From: Haplodiscus bocki
Taxonomy: Eukaryota
Assembly: GCA_965655095.1 (NCBI GenBank)
Contig: OZ296654.1
Coordinates: 77,748,001-77,812,000 of the forward strand
Reading direction: 5' to 3'
Length of the DNA stretch: 64,000 bases
Under the pieces are notes generated by a model that was given only the letters and a program-made list of their open reading frames with translations, had not been told where the DNA came from and ran no database searches. Shown piece after piece: positions 40,401 through 50,600 of this stretch (positions are counted from its first letter, which is position 1; the number at the start of each line of letters is the position of its first letter). The position numbers were made by a program, and so were the translations under genes.

Positions 40401-43400
40401 GGTCAAAATGTTGAAAGTATTTACTTCGTCAGAGTAATGATTTAAACAAAGCAGCATATTGAACAAGCCGAGAACGGCAAGTCGACGCTACCCGTATGGC
40501 AAAAAATATTAATGGGAGAACCCTTTCTCGGAAGACTTTCGCTCACCTGACAAAATGTGTGGTATAATCGCATTTTGTTAAAATTATTGTCTCACATTGC
40601 CGAAAATTTCAGAGTGCCTTTGGTAGGCTATAAACTGTCTTAGCAAAATTGTACATCAAAACTTTTTGATTGTATGGGGGTATCGGGAATTTTTTCTGCC
40701 CTTCCGAATTCTTTGCCGGTATACGTTACATTAACGGTATCAAAAACGGTATTTTCTGGTTTTTGGTACGGGTTCGAAAATCTTAGTGGATGTCAACGCC
40801 AACGCCGCCATCGAAACTTTGAAAATGCAGAAGTAAACGCGTTAAGTTCTTACATCTTGAAAAAAAGTACTGTAAAATAACAACAGCGCCAACTAAAAAT
40901 GAAGGTTTTGAATATGCAAAATTCAAAACCTTGTATGAATACATGTAAATTCCAGAATACTAAATTAGGAAATTTATACTTACAGTCGGCGTTTTTTCGA
41001 AATAAAATGCACAACTAACAGATGGTATTCTTTCTTCAACCTTAACTGCTCAAGGAACAATTTAAGTACAGTTGCTATTGTACATGTATAATTATTACGC
41101 TAAACTTCAAATAGATTGCACGCTGTTGGGGATCCGCAAGGTAGTAAAACCCCCGTTACTCGCGATGCCCTCGACAAAAATGAGAAACTACTGTAGAAGG
41201 CTGTTAAAACCTGCAATTTAGTTGACTGTCAATTTAGTGACACGAGAGGTCTTGGAAGGAAATTGCACAAACATGATACTAATTCTCTCAACTCTGGATA
41301 GTGTGAGGAGCAAATGAAAAGTTTTAGAATCTCTGAAGAAGTGAAGACTTCAGAATGTAATCTGTATATAGTTCACAAGATCTATTTGTGGAATACATTG
41401 AAAAGAAGCGCCGGTGCTTGAAAAACCTTTATCAATTTTAAACACAGAGGCGAAGCTGTGCTTCTCAACATTTGCGCCAAAGGGATACCAGTGAACAAAT
41501 TGACCAAATATAACTGATTTTTGAAGTGGTCACGATACTATCAATAGTATTGATAACAAGTGTACAGAAACTCAGTTAATCTTGTACATTTACATACAAG
41601 TAAGAAACGCTATAATATTTCATTCGCTTCTTCGCTCGATACTTTAAATAAAAACACTGATTCTCGAGCAAGTGCACAGTCAGTAGAGCAGGCGACTGCG
41701 GCTCGAACAATACCAGGTTCGAGGCTAAGCCACTCCCTCCTCTTTGGTCAAAATCTAGGAACTTGTGTCAGTTGTGACCGAATCGGAAAAAAATTGAAGA
41801 ATAAGTTGACACTTGCTTGCGTAAGTGTGAAAAGATGGAAAAGACCCAAAGTTGCCGCCAATAAAAAACTTGCACCTGCAAGCATGCGAAAAAGGTTACT
41901 GCGTTATCAATCGACTACTCTTGACTCGTAAAAACAGTTTCCTTGTCTAGTCTTACTTAATGTAAGATCTTTGATAAATCTGAGAGCCACAAAATTCCAG
42001 CCCATTGACTCGAAGCTCCGTGATGATGATATGCGTTTCATTGCTAATACCAGGCCTACGTCAGATTTTGAAGATAATTTTGTTCAAAATTCCATCTACA
42101 GAATTCTCAATGATCGATCCAGTACCTGTCAGCGTGTTTTATAAGGACCACTTGTAGTTAAAACGACTCGTCATTGAAAATTAACAAAATTTTGCTTTAC
42201 TTTGTGTCCTTGCCACTTAGCCTGTTCTATTGTTTTAAGTTATGTACTGCCCTGTCTCAATTGGTAAAAACGAAGACCATGATCTCTCTCCCGAACGAGC
42301 TCCAATTTGAGCCTTGTCCGGCTGATTTCATTATCTGCATCCATTTTAATGATCGCTGGATCCAAAGCTATGTGACAGGGTTGGAAAAAATCGGATTTTT
42401 TCAAAAAAATCCAAATAAATGATTTTTTTTATTTAAATCAGGATTTTTGGTTTAAATCAAGATTTAAATCAACTTTTCGGATTTTTTTATGGAAACTTGT
42501 GCTAAAGATTCACCAATGTTCAGAATGACGTAAAATGTAATTTAAATGTCATCAGCACATTATATGTCTCGTTTTGAGTACGTGCGGACTATTTTGGAAC
42601 TCATTTTTGGCCATGGAATCAATTTTTAGAACTCAATTTCCCTTGCGTGATGCTTGAAAATATAGAGTTACGCAGGGTAGAATTAGTTTGTTGTTTCCAG
42701 ACTTTGTTCACAAGGTCTTCCGCAAGAACATGCCGATTGGGAGGCCGGTAACTGGATCTGAGCGCCGATACCAATGCCAGAAATGTTGGATGCTCCACCC
42801 GGTTGAACGGGGTGTTAGTTGCAATAAAGAATCTAGCCACTAAGACATCCAATTGGTCCCTCTCTTGTGCAGAAGTATTGCTGACAAAACAGCACGTGCT
42901 ACGGGATGTACACAGTTATGACGTAATACATGTAGCTGTTCGCTGCCAGAGATTCTATCTAATTCACCAACGCACATACTCAGAACAAACCCCTTTTGGA
43001 TCTGGTGACTTTGGCCCAGTGGGTTAATCCGGCGGTAGCACTTTTGCCCGCATGCCAGGGGTCGAAGGTTCGAATCCCGCTGGTGTCTACTGTTTTTTGA
43101 TTTAAATCAAAAAACGGTATTTAAATCTTTCAATTTAGTAACGACAAGCAGTCGGCAACGCGAATTTGTGCTCACACCGGCCAATAAACATTATCAAGAA
43201 GCAACCAACTTCCACGCACTAATGCCAAATGATCACTTGGCTATTGTCAATCCTATAGTGCATTCACATATAAAATGCAGTATGGTCCATGTCCGTAAAT
43301 TTACGCTAGGAAACAAGATCAGGATGAGCCTTCAACTTGACAATGTATAATTTTTTTTCAAATGGACAATCCTAAGGCAGCAACTGAAATGGTTAAAAAC

Positions 43401-46400
43401 GAGTTGACAGATAGACAAGGATGCAGCACATATCACGCCTGAAACTCGCTATCTCAAAAAACGTAAGCAACAAGCGTTTAGGCGAGGGAGGAGAGACAGA
43501 TAGAAAATACGGAAAAGCATTAAAAAATGGATTCAAATTTCGCAATGATTTTAAACCCGGTAGCTTTTTTGTTCGATGCTGGAAGTTGTGCAAGAATTTA
43601 ACAAAGAACAACAGCTCACGTCTCAATTCAAGTGTTAACTTCAAGGCAGATGAAGTGAACGAGCATTTCGGAAAGGTGTCAACAATAGGGCCATACGCAA
43701 ATTTCTCCTACAATCCCACTTATATAGCGTGTACGCTTAATAGCATGAAAAAGACATCACCTGGAAATGATGCATTATTTTGTTGGATGTTGTAACAGAA
43801 CACCCACAATTTAATTCATCTCCGACGTAGCACATTACTTTCAACGAATAGCTTGGAAAGGGTGATTTCTGGACATTTTCATGATTTCCGTAATAGTTCT
43901 TGTTCCCAAGAAAGATACTGTCAGGACGGTCGACAACTTGTTTTTTCCCAATTTGCTGAGACTGTAAGAACACTTCATTTTTCAATCTTCGCCCGTTTTC
44001 CGATATTTTTGTTTAAAACAGATGCAACCGTTAATTGAACAAAACCAATTGGGTTGGAGACAGAAATCTAACACGATTTGGGTCTTACTGAAAGTACTGA
44101 TCAATTACAAGCACTTCACCTGCCTATTATGATTGTTTTTTCTCTTGATCTCAGCAGAGCTTTTAATCCAGCATCTAGGCACTTTGTTGAAAAACGGAAA
44201 TAATATCAGCTGACAATCTCTGATTAGCTTACATTTTAAGCAGCTCCCTTACTCACAGAATTCAGTATGGAGTTATCAACAACTCAACATCGGGTATCCT
44301 TAACACTAATAGTGGAGTTCCTCAGGGAACTATTTTTGGTCTCATAATGTTCACTATTGTATACGACGATCTCCAGCTGCCTCACTCAAATGGGGGACCC
44401 GTTAGGTTAGCACACATTTTGACATGTTTTATTACAAAACTGATGAACTTACCCCAACCATAGAATTTTTGCAGTCGTGGTGTTCTGCCACTAACTTTGT
44501 ATTCAATGGGCATAAATTTATTGAACTTTGTGTGCAGTTCAAAACCGGGACTGATCCGCTAAAGATTTTGGGTAAATCTAAGGTTGATTCAACAGGATTA
44601 CTTGGCGTGACGACAATCAAGTAACCGATATTTGAAAAACATCAACATGTTGGTAACACGAAGTTCCTCATTCCTTTTTTCAATTAACAAATATGAGAAA
44701 CTAGACTACTCCAAAGTCGACAGTTTCATTGTTCACTTGTATTGTCGAACACCTTATACAATCAATCTGCTTAGAGAGGTAGCGCACTTTGGCAGCTCGC
44801 AAAAATTGACAAAATCCATCAAAAAGCTGTAATAATGAAACTCGCTGATGACATCAACTCAACAATCTTTCCAGTGAAGCAAAATGGCAAAAAAATTCAA
44901 TGAACTCTGCAAAGACGATCACATCTGCAAGTTCATCTTGAACGATAAGAATACACGAATACCGTCAGCGAAACTAAAAGCCTCCTGCGGACTAACTCTC
45001 AAAAAAAGTACGTCATCTTCTTTCCAGACAGCTTCCTTGTATCAAATAAGTCATAACGCTGCACAAGTTCTTCATCTCCGTACCATCAGATGTCTTTTCT
45101 GACCTTCATAAAGTCTTCTCTTCTAGTAACGCCGTGGCCTAGTGGGTGACACAAAAGGGTTCCAAATCCATAGGGTTTGAATCCCAGCATAAAATAAGTC
45201 TCACAGTTTTTACCAACTAGGTACCAATTTCTTCCCATTCAATCTTTCCGAATTTAAAAATTCACTTTGGGAACAATTGCTCCTTTACGCTTCACAAGAA
45301 TTTTCTAGCCCGCGCTTTTTGAAAGGAGCCGGACTATTACAATGGGTTTCGTTTTTCCTACCGCGTAGACGACCAACTGTTCACACACTACGCTTCAAAT
45401 CCAATCATCGTCAACTTTAGGACGTCAAGGCCACAATTACTTTTGTTTCTACCTACCCTTTGTTCTAGAAAAAATTTCGACCGTCGATCTAATTTTTTTT
45501 TTGCGTGATACCCCCTTATCATATACCAAAAATTTTTCGATAAAAATTGAACTTGCCTTCTTCAGGCAGCATGTATTGTACCTAAGAGCTAAACAAAATT
45601 TTCGGCACTATTTGGCATTCAACTCAAAAGCAGACCCCTATTTTGATTCGAGATTGCACCTCGAAAATATCCCAGTTCTCAATTTCCAACGCGTTGCTCC
45701 ATAGGAGGCATCATTGACAACATTTGGCATTACATTTCAAGTCTTTACAAAGAAGTTTCTAGTCTTAAGCTTTGTTTCCTTACTCGATTAAAAATGCTTC
45801 GTTATAAACATCTAAAAGTTTCGACAAATAGCCAGACTACCGGTGACGTCAGAGTCAAGCCAAAATGGATATGCCCGATATCATTAACTGCAGGTGAATT
45901 AAAACTTATTCGTTTCAACACCTATAGTTATAGACATGATCCATAAAAGTATGGTTTTACCTTTTACACATCTTTGGTTTCAGAGCGCACGGACTGTTTT
46001 GGTTTTGAAGTTTTTCATAAGCATAAATTTGTCATGCAGGTTCAAGAAGGGCAAATACAATTCACAGTAAAAACAAAAAATAGCGGGACAAAGATACCTG
46101 TGCGTGCAGTCCAGGTATTTGCTTAAAAAGGCATCACCTAAAGCGTGCCCGTTAACTTACACGGAACGGAGTTTGAGCGAAAATGGCATGATGCTAAAAC
46201 ACGAATGAGTTTGTGAAAACCTGATGCATCATCAAGGAAAAGGAACTTGAGAAATTTGAGCCGATAACTTTATAATCGGACACATCGATAACAGCCATCA
46301 GAAGAAAGTGTACCATATTAGAGAAGAAAATACTGACCTTGCACAAGTGCTGATTCAACCATTTTGTGAAAGCTTTCTTCTGCACACGGTCTCTTTCGTC

Positions 46401-46861
46401 TAAAAATGAAAGAAGATAAAGGAAAACAACCTTGATTTGAAGCAATAAAATTTATGTAGCCCAAATCGAAAGGTATATTACTAACTGGAATAATTACGAT
46501 GGAATTTAATAGCTTCATTAATACTACTTATCGCATTGTAAGTGCAACTGAAGGCGAACATTTGAACTGCGACAATTGAGTTGCAACCGATGTTCAACTT
46601 TGAGTAACCAAAACAACCACACAAGAAATCAAACAAACAAAACAATCAACCTGAAATTCTCAAAACAGCTCGGTCGCCATGGTCAAGATTTGAAAGTGAC
46701 ACATGGACTGGGTTTCCAGTTGGATTGATCTCCTCTTCAACTCTTTCCCTCGATGCCAGGATTTCGAGGACATCTCTCACAGGTGCTGCACTCTCATCAC
46801 TGGATGAGCTCTCCAAATCGAAATAATTATAATCAATTTGTTTATTTATGTCATAACTCAT
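712..46861 (-). CDS. Plakin/spectraplakin-family cytolinker gene (plectin/dystonin/MACF1/Shot-like), 14 exons in window, probably 3'-incomplete
   Basis: Spliced translation gives [31 protein letters not shown]...[20 protein letters not shown]...[22 protein letters not shown]...[19 protein letters not shown] (CH1), [10 protein letters not shown]...[18 protein letters not shown]...[15 protein letters not shown] (CH2), spectrin-repeat-like exons and a plakin SH3. All 13 internal junctions are GT-AG with matching phases; total 11,218 nt. Confidence 0.93.
7744..8043 (-). CDS. Plakin exon 13: end of plakin domain
   Basis: TTTCTCAG|GAT acceptor, CAG|GTTCGT donor, 300 nt; [14 protein letters not shown]...[10 protein letters not shown] resembles the plakin-domain C-terminus. 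Confidence 0.85.
8496..8679 (-). CDS. Plakin exon 12
   Basis: TTTTAG|A acceptor (phase 2), AAA|GTTAGT donor; [14 protein letters not shown] spectrin helix. Confidence 0.85.
11070..12047 (-). CDS. Plakin exon 11: post-SH3 spectrin repeats
   Basis: CTTTAG|A acceptor (phase 2), CG|GTTAGT donor, 978 nt inside ORF 10994..12241; helical heptad pattern with [11 protein letters not shown]. Confidence 0.88.
14017..14457. repeat. Cluster of three degenerate tRNA-like cassettes (one minus, two plus)
   Basis: B-box-like GGTTCAAATCG (minus, about 14020), GGTTGGAATCTCC (about 14327) and GGTTCGAATCAC (about 14442), each with an upstream GAG/AGGGGT(T)A A-box-like word. Confidence 0.5.
14545..14870 (+). repeat. 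Interspersed repeat; second copy at about 20270-20570, partial copy at about 45470-45545
   Basis: Shared ordered words GGTTTT(T)A.TCGG.GCTT, AAGATC.CAACGAATT, AAGCATGCAA, CAAGTACT, AGACAAAAAA, CCTCTTATG.ATAAA. Confidence 0.7.
17560..19000 (+). mobile_element. Decayed, internally deleted BEL/Pao LTR retrotransposon (connection/RNase H, integrase C-terminus, start of 3' LTR)
   Basis: Broken frames give [65 protein letters not shown]; purine tract GAAAACAGGGCC precedes TG at about 18870. Boundaries approximate. Confidence 0.85.
20718..21022 (-). CDS. Plakin exon 10: SH3 domain embedded in plakin domain
   Basis: TTCCATAG|GAT acceptor, GAA AG|GTTCTT donor (phase 2); AMALCS...[11 protein letters not shown]...[23 protein letters not shown] resembles the plectin SH3. 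Confidence 0.9.
20968..21210. repeat. 109-bp direct duplication (20968-21076 and 21102-21210) spanning the exon 10 acceptor, with a 25-bp spacer
   Basis: The two copies differ by one mismatch (gccaag/gcccag); the spacer is built from fragments of the flanks. Confidence 0.95.
23149..23514 (-). CDS. Plakin exon 9 ([10 protein letters not shown]...QHPATQLIR...[14 protein letters not shown]...)
   Basis: TTTTCAG|AAT acceptor, TAT|GTAAGA donor, 366 nt; [11 protein letters not shown] and [13 protein letters not shown] match the plakin HPA...W..L..C.E.HL motif. Confidence 0.9.
25529..25696 (-). CDS. Plakin exon 8 ([24 protein letters not shown]...)
   Basis: CTTTAG|AAT acceptor, AAG|GTTCGT donor, 168 nt; resembles the plectin LxSLxxFVxAATxEL segment. 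Confidence 0.85.
26023..26373. mobile_element. hAT-type MITE with 8-bp TSD
   Basis: TTCAAGAT on both sides (26015-26022, 26374-26381); ends TAG...CCCCTA with an imperfect TIR (GTCAGTGGTTG versus GTCAACGGTTG); subterminal AACCGGTTAACC repeats. Confidence 0.8.
26413..27267 (-). CDS. Plakin exon 7: plakin-domain spectrin repeats
   Basis: TTTAG|GCA acceptor, TCG|GTAATT donor, 855 nt; LNNRWIQLQ and [34 protein letters not shown] spectrin-repeat pattern. Confidence 0.9.
30961..31179 (-). CDS. Plakin exon 6: first spectrin repeat of plakin domain
   Basis: TTCGCAG|GAA acceptor, ACC|GTAAGT donor, 219 nt; [19 protein letters not shown] is spectrin-repeat helix A. Confidence 0.88.
32077..32598 (-). 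CDS. Plakin exon 5: long CH1-CH2 linker plus CH2 domain
   Basis: TTTTAG|ATC acceptor, GAC|GTAAGC donor, 522 nt; [52 protein letters not shown]. Confidence 0.95.
35755..36112 (-). mobile_element. Young 5'-truncated non-LTR retrotransposon 3' end (CCHC zinc knuckle, (GAA)n tail)
   Basis: Open frame ending [18 protein letters not shown]...KNPY*, short 3' UTR, (GAA)5 tail; GGTAACT duplicated at 35748-35754 and 36113-36119; GC-richer than the flanks. Confidence 0.88.
39508..39678 (-). CDS. Plakin exon 4: CH1 C-terminal half ([12 protein letters not shown]...[19 protein letters not shown])
   Basis: TTTTTTAG|CCG acceptor, CAT|GTTAGT donor, 171 nt; hallmark [17 protein letters not shown]. Confidence 0.95.
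39968..40057 (-). CDS. Plakin exon 3: CH1 ([30 protein letters not shown])
   Basis: TTTTACAG|GTG acceptor, ATC|GTTAGT donor, 90 nt; [20 protein letters not shown] motif. This frame is not in the ORF track. Confidence 0.95.
42376..43128 (-). mobile_element. Deleted hAT DNA transposon nested in the LINE
   Basis: Starts CAGGGTTGGAAAAAA with ATTTAAATC subterminal repeats at both ends; ORF 42619..42852 ([35 protein letters not shown]) is typical of the hAT transposase N-terminal region. Right TIR not seen. Confidence 0.8.
43005..43098 (+). ncRNA. tRNA-derived Pol III-type cassette (not a canonical tRNA)
   Basis: A box TGGCCCAGTGG (43012-43022), B box GGTTCGAATCCC (43067-43078), T6 at 43093-43098; acceptor and T stems do not pair canonically. 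Confidence 0.6.
45128..45190 (+). repeat. tRNA-derived SINE-like head
   Basis: A box TGGCCTAGTGG (45135-45145), B box GGTTTGAATCCC (45174-45185). Confidence 0.6.
46338..46399 (-). CDS. Plakin exon 2: start of CH1 ([21 protein letters not shown])
   Basis: TTTTTAG|AC acceptor (phase 1), AAG|GTCAGT donor; canonical CH1 start motif. Confidence 0.95.
46651..46861 (-). CDS. Plakin exon 1 in window: N-terminal leader (MSYDINKQ...[11 protein letters not shown])
   Basis: ATG at 46861; ends TCA G|GTTGAT (phase 1); DRAVLRI matches the conserved pre-CH1 motif of plectin/dystonin/MACF1. An acceptor-like TTCCAG lies 6 nt upstream of the ATG. Confidence 0.85.
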
Positions 46862-47649
46862 TTGTATCTGGAACAAGCTTTTGATAAACAATTTGAGAAG
46901 ATCCGATGAGCAAAGGTTAGTGAATATTAGCGTTTCTAAAGTTTCTCTAAGTTGTTAGTTTTTAAGTTTGAGCAAAAGAAAAACTGAATTGCAAAACTAT
47001 AATATCGAAAACCCTACTCATAAACAGTTCGAAACTTTTGAAACGCAAACCTTAAAATCTGGAAGAGAAGCATAAACGAAGAAACAAATTACTCAAAGTC
47101 TGCAACGATTGCATTTGGCAAATTTAAAGTTTGTTGAACACTTTGAGGCAGAGATGGAACTTAATTGATTAGGTTATAGGAAAAAGGAACTAATAGCAGC
47201 AGGAAGACTTTATTATGAAAGGGAAGCATAACCAAAAAGATGCTTCCATAAACCTATTGTGGGGGCAACAATAGCACGGTAGCAATTGCTTACAGGAATC
47301 ATTTTTATACTGAGGGAAAATATTCCCAGAAAAGGATTTTGAGGCACTTGAATGATCAACCTGGAAACTGGCTATATATCTTGATGATATAAATTTTGAA
47401 GCTTTATAGAACGATGAAAGATATTCGTTTCGCGGTTTTCAAATTTTTTCGCAAGAACACCGGCTTCTTCAATTCTCGTAGTCCATAAGGAACTTGGATT
47501 TTTAGGCAATCCTGGTTCGAGATTCCAGTGCAGCTGTCGAAGAAAAATTTATGTTAGACAGCAAGAAGTCATAAAATTGGAAGAACTGATGATGTGAACT
47601 GCATTTAACGAGGCGATCAAAGTAGCGGCGTTTTGACACAATCCATTTC

Positions 47650-50600
47650 CTTATTTGTAAGGACAAATTTATTAAATAGATCAAGATTGTGAAGTACTTG
47701 GAAAGCAGAATGCTTGTCTCAAACGAATATGATGCCGAAGATGGCAAAATGCATGGCGAAGTGTGATGGTACTGGCGATGACGGCAAGTTTTGCCCAGTG
47801 TGGACCTAAGTATAGCTTCCAACGAAAATCCACAAGAGATTCAAATCTAAGCCGTTTCTGTGCGGTTTCTGTTGTGCAGCGAAAACAATGAGAAGACATT
47901 CAAACAGCGATCTATCATGGAAGATTTCTCTCAAGGGGACATTTCAATCGGATGGTATTGAACAATATGGACGGCGGGACAATGTGAGCACTTCTGGTGC
48001 GACTGGAGAGTCTGGACAGGGTGTCTGTCAAAAGGTTGATGTTGCACGAAAAACAGGTGTTGCTGAAGCGAATGAAAACATCAGCGTGTGTCACAGACTA
48101 CCCATTCGAAAACAGGGGCCGAAAACCATCATTGCAGAGTTTGTGAGACGGCAAATGAAACAAAACATGATGGCCAACAAAAAATCGACGGAACCCGGAA
48201 AAATGAACATAAATGACAACGTGACACTACTCAGAGGTAAAATCTATTTACTTCTACAAAAACTGGATGTGGCAAAATCTATTTCTGAAAAAGAAAAAAA
48301 TAAATGTGTATATGAATGATGAGAGTAAATAAGTACTGGATGACTTGTATAAACCCTATCAATAGAACGAGTCACCATTCAAGGATTCTGTTGATCGCTT
48401 TTTCTGAAATTGGACCCTCCAAAGTGGAAACATTTCAAAAACAGAGTACATCTTCAACGGAAATTGATGAAAGGGATGTCTGAAGGATATACACTTTCTA
48501 GGAATATTTGTTCACTCACTATAAAATTTTGATGAACTACAGCACCTAAATGATCAATATCAATCCAAGCCCAGCAGTATTGTTTTTCCGAGACGAGGTT
48601 TTCCACTAATCAGGTAATCGAAAATTTCTAATTGAATGAGAACAAGCTTATTAGATATGGTATTTCCAATAATTGTAACGGAGCTCCTATGTATGTTCGT
48701 CTAAACATTCTCTTCGAGATGAAAGAAGACGCGTATATAGCAAAAGCAGTAATTTGACTCTTTGAAGTTTTCAAGAAGATAAGATTTTAGTGAACTGTGT
48801 TCAAAGGTGACATCGAATTTCAAACAGAGAACTTATATTGCAATCTGATGAATACCTTGAACAATTGCAAAAAAATCGATTGTATTTGTATAAAGTTTGG
48901 CATTTCAACCTTCATGTCTCAGAAAACATTGAGAAAAGTGAAGTATTGGGTTCCTGTAAAAACACAAAACGGATGTACACAGATGCTAGACACGCCAACT
49001 CGTATAACTAAAAGTTCGCAAACTTTAATTGACCATGTAATGCACAACAAAAACTGGCCTCACTCCAAAAGTCAAATTGAATCTGTTGACAACACTGAAT
49101 ATTGTGCTATACACGTCTCGTACTATTCCTCATTGGAGAAATCAATAGGAAAAACAGAAAAAAGCTTCCGTTTCTCTTTAACTCAGGCAAAAACATAAAG
49201 TCTTGGAATGTCTTGAATAAACGTTGCTGTCCTTCGCGAGTGATTGTGTCAACAATTCTGTCAATCATTTCGTACAGATCCCTAAACAATGATGATTATA
49301 CAAAAACCTCCAAATGAAGGATAAAAGAAAAAACATTTCTTGGTTTGATAATTCTGTCAAAAACTTACTCAAGAAGAGAAATAAGTCTTTGTCGTGAAAT
49401 TTTGGCTTCTCGGAATTATGTTGAATAAAATAAATACAAAAAATTGGGAAAAAAAGTTGATTTTATTGTTCCATTTAAGAAGAGGCTGCACTTTATTGAC
49501 AAGTTGAAAAACTTCTTGGAAAAAACGTTTTTTCTCAAACAGTTGTCACTGAGTGGGCGACAAATATCGACTGCCTGTCCATGACTGAAAAATAATTCAG
49601 GTGCTCCATTTAAAAATGAAAAAAGATTGAATATGCTGATCTTTTCAACCAATGTATTTCCTTCATAGGTGTTAAAATACAAAAATATTTTGAATTATTG
49701 TCTCTTGAAATTATTAATGCAAGCATACCAATTATTGACGGATCAGTTTTCTTGCATTACTGCGCTTTCGTAGAATTTTTTTAAAACCAAAAAATGAAGA
49801 ATGATAAAAAATCAAATAGAGCAAAAACAACTGGCTGGAAGATGAGTTTTCCGTCAAAACATCGAAAGCTTGCGCACAATATGTAGCTCAATTGTTGTTG
49901 GTTTCATTTTTAGATTCAGTTTTCCAAATTGTTTCCCAGATTGTCTTAAAGTCTCTACCAAATCACCAAAACCTAAATCTGGATTGAAACAAAAGCTTGA
50001 AAAAATTAGGCGTGTCTGTTTTTCCATCTTTGAGTAAAACATTCGAGTGAACTATGTATACTTGCCTTTAAAGTTTCCTAAGGAGCTCAGAAAAATTATA
50101 AAAAAGATATTTCATTTTTCCAACTAGTTTTCTCAGTTTGATTCTTTTGTTGATATAATTCAAATTATGAGATTTGCAAAAACTAGGGTGTGTTGTTGCT
50201 TTCCTCTTGACGTCATCAAAAAAGCTTTTGATACATTAGAGCTCGATCGACTACTGAATGAGTTAGAACAGTATGGCATTAGATGTGTTGTCCTTGAGTG
50301 GTTCCGCTCATAACTCTCAAACTGGTATCACAGTCTGAAAACAGGGGATGCAATCTCTTGTTGGGCTGCTATTGTATGCAGGGTTCAACTACTTGCTTCC
50401 TTGTTATTTTTTGCAATAATGAGCTGCCAAACAAAGGTCGACACATCATAACTGACCTTATTGCAAAGGGTACTTACTTTTTGTCTGAATCTCAAAACTC
50501 TTTTTGCTTTCCGAATGAAGCAATTTCCGAAACTAGCTCAAGGTTTTCTGAAGACAAGTTGCTTTTAAACTTTCAAGACGCAATTAGTCATTTTCTAATC

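Larger units (their letters stand above)
41900..45100 (+). mobile_element. Decayed CR1/L2-group LINE (APE endonuclease plus RT), interrupted by a hAT insertion
   Basis: LLNVRSL (about 41953), DLSRAF (about 44148), [10 protein letters not shown] (44311-44340); many stops and frameshifts. Boundaries approximate. Confidence 0.8.

Noticed and set aside
43005-43090. Functional tRNA gene (also the other A/B-box sites)
   Set aside because: Acceptor and T stems cannot be paired and no 7-nt anticodon loop is identifiable; treated as tRNA-derived cassettes.
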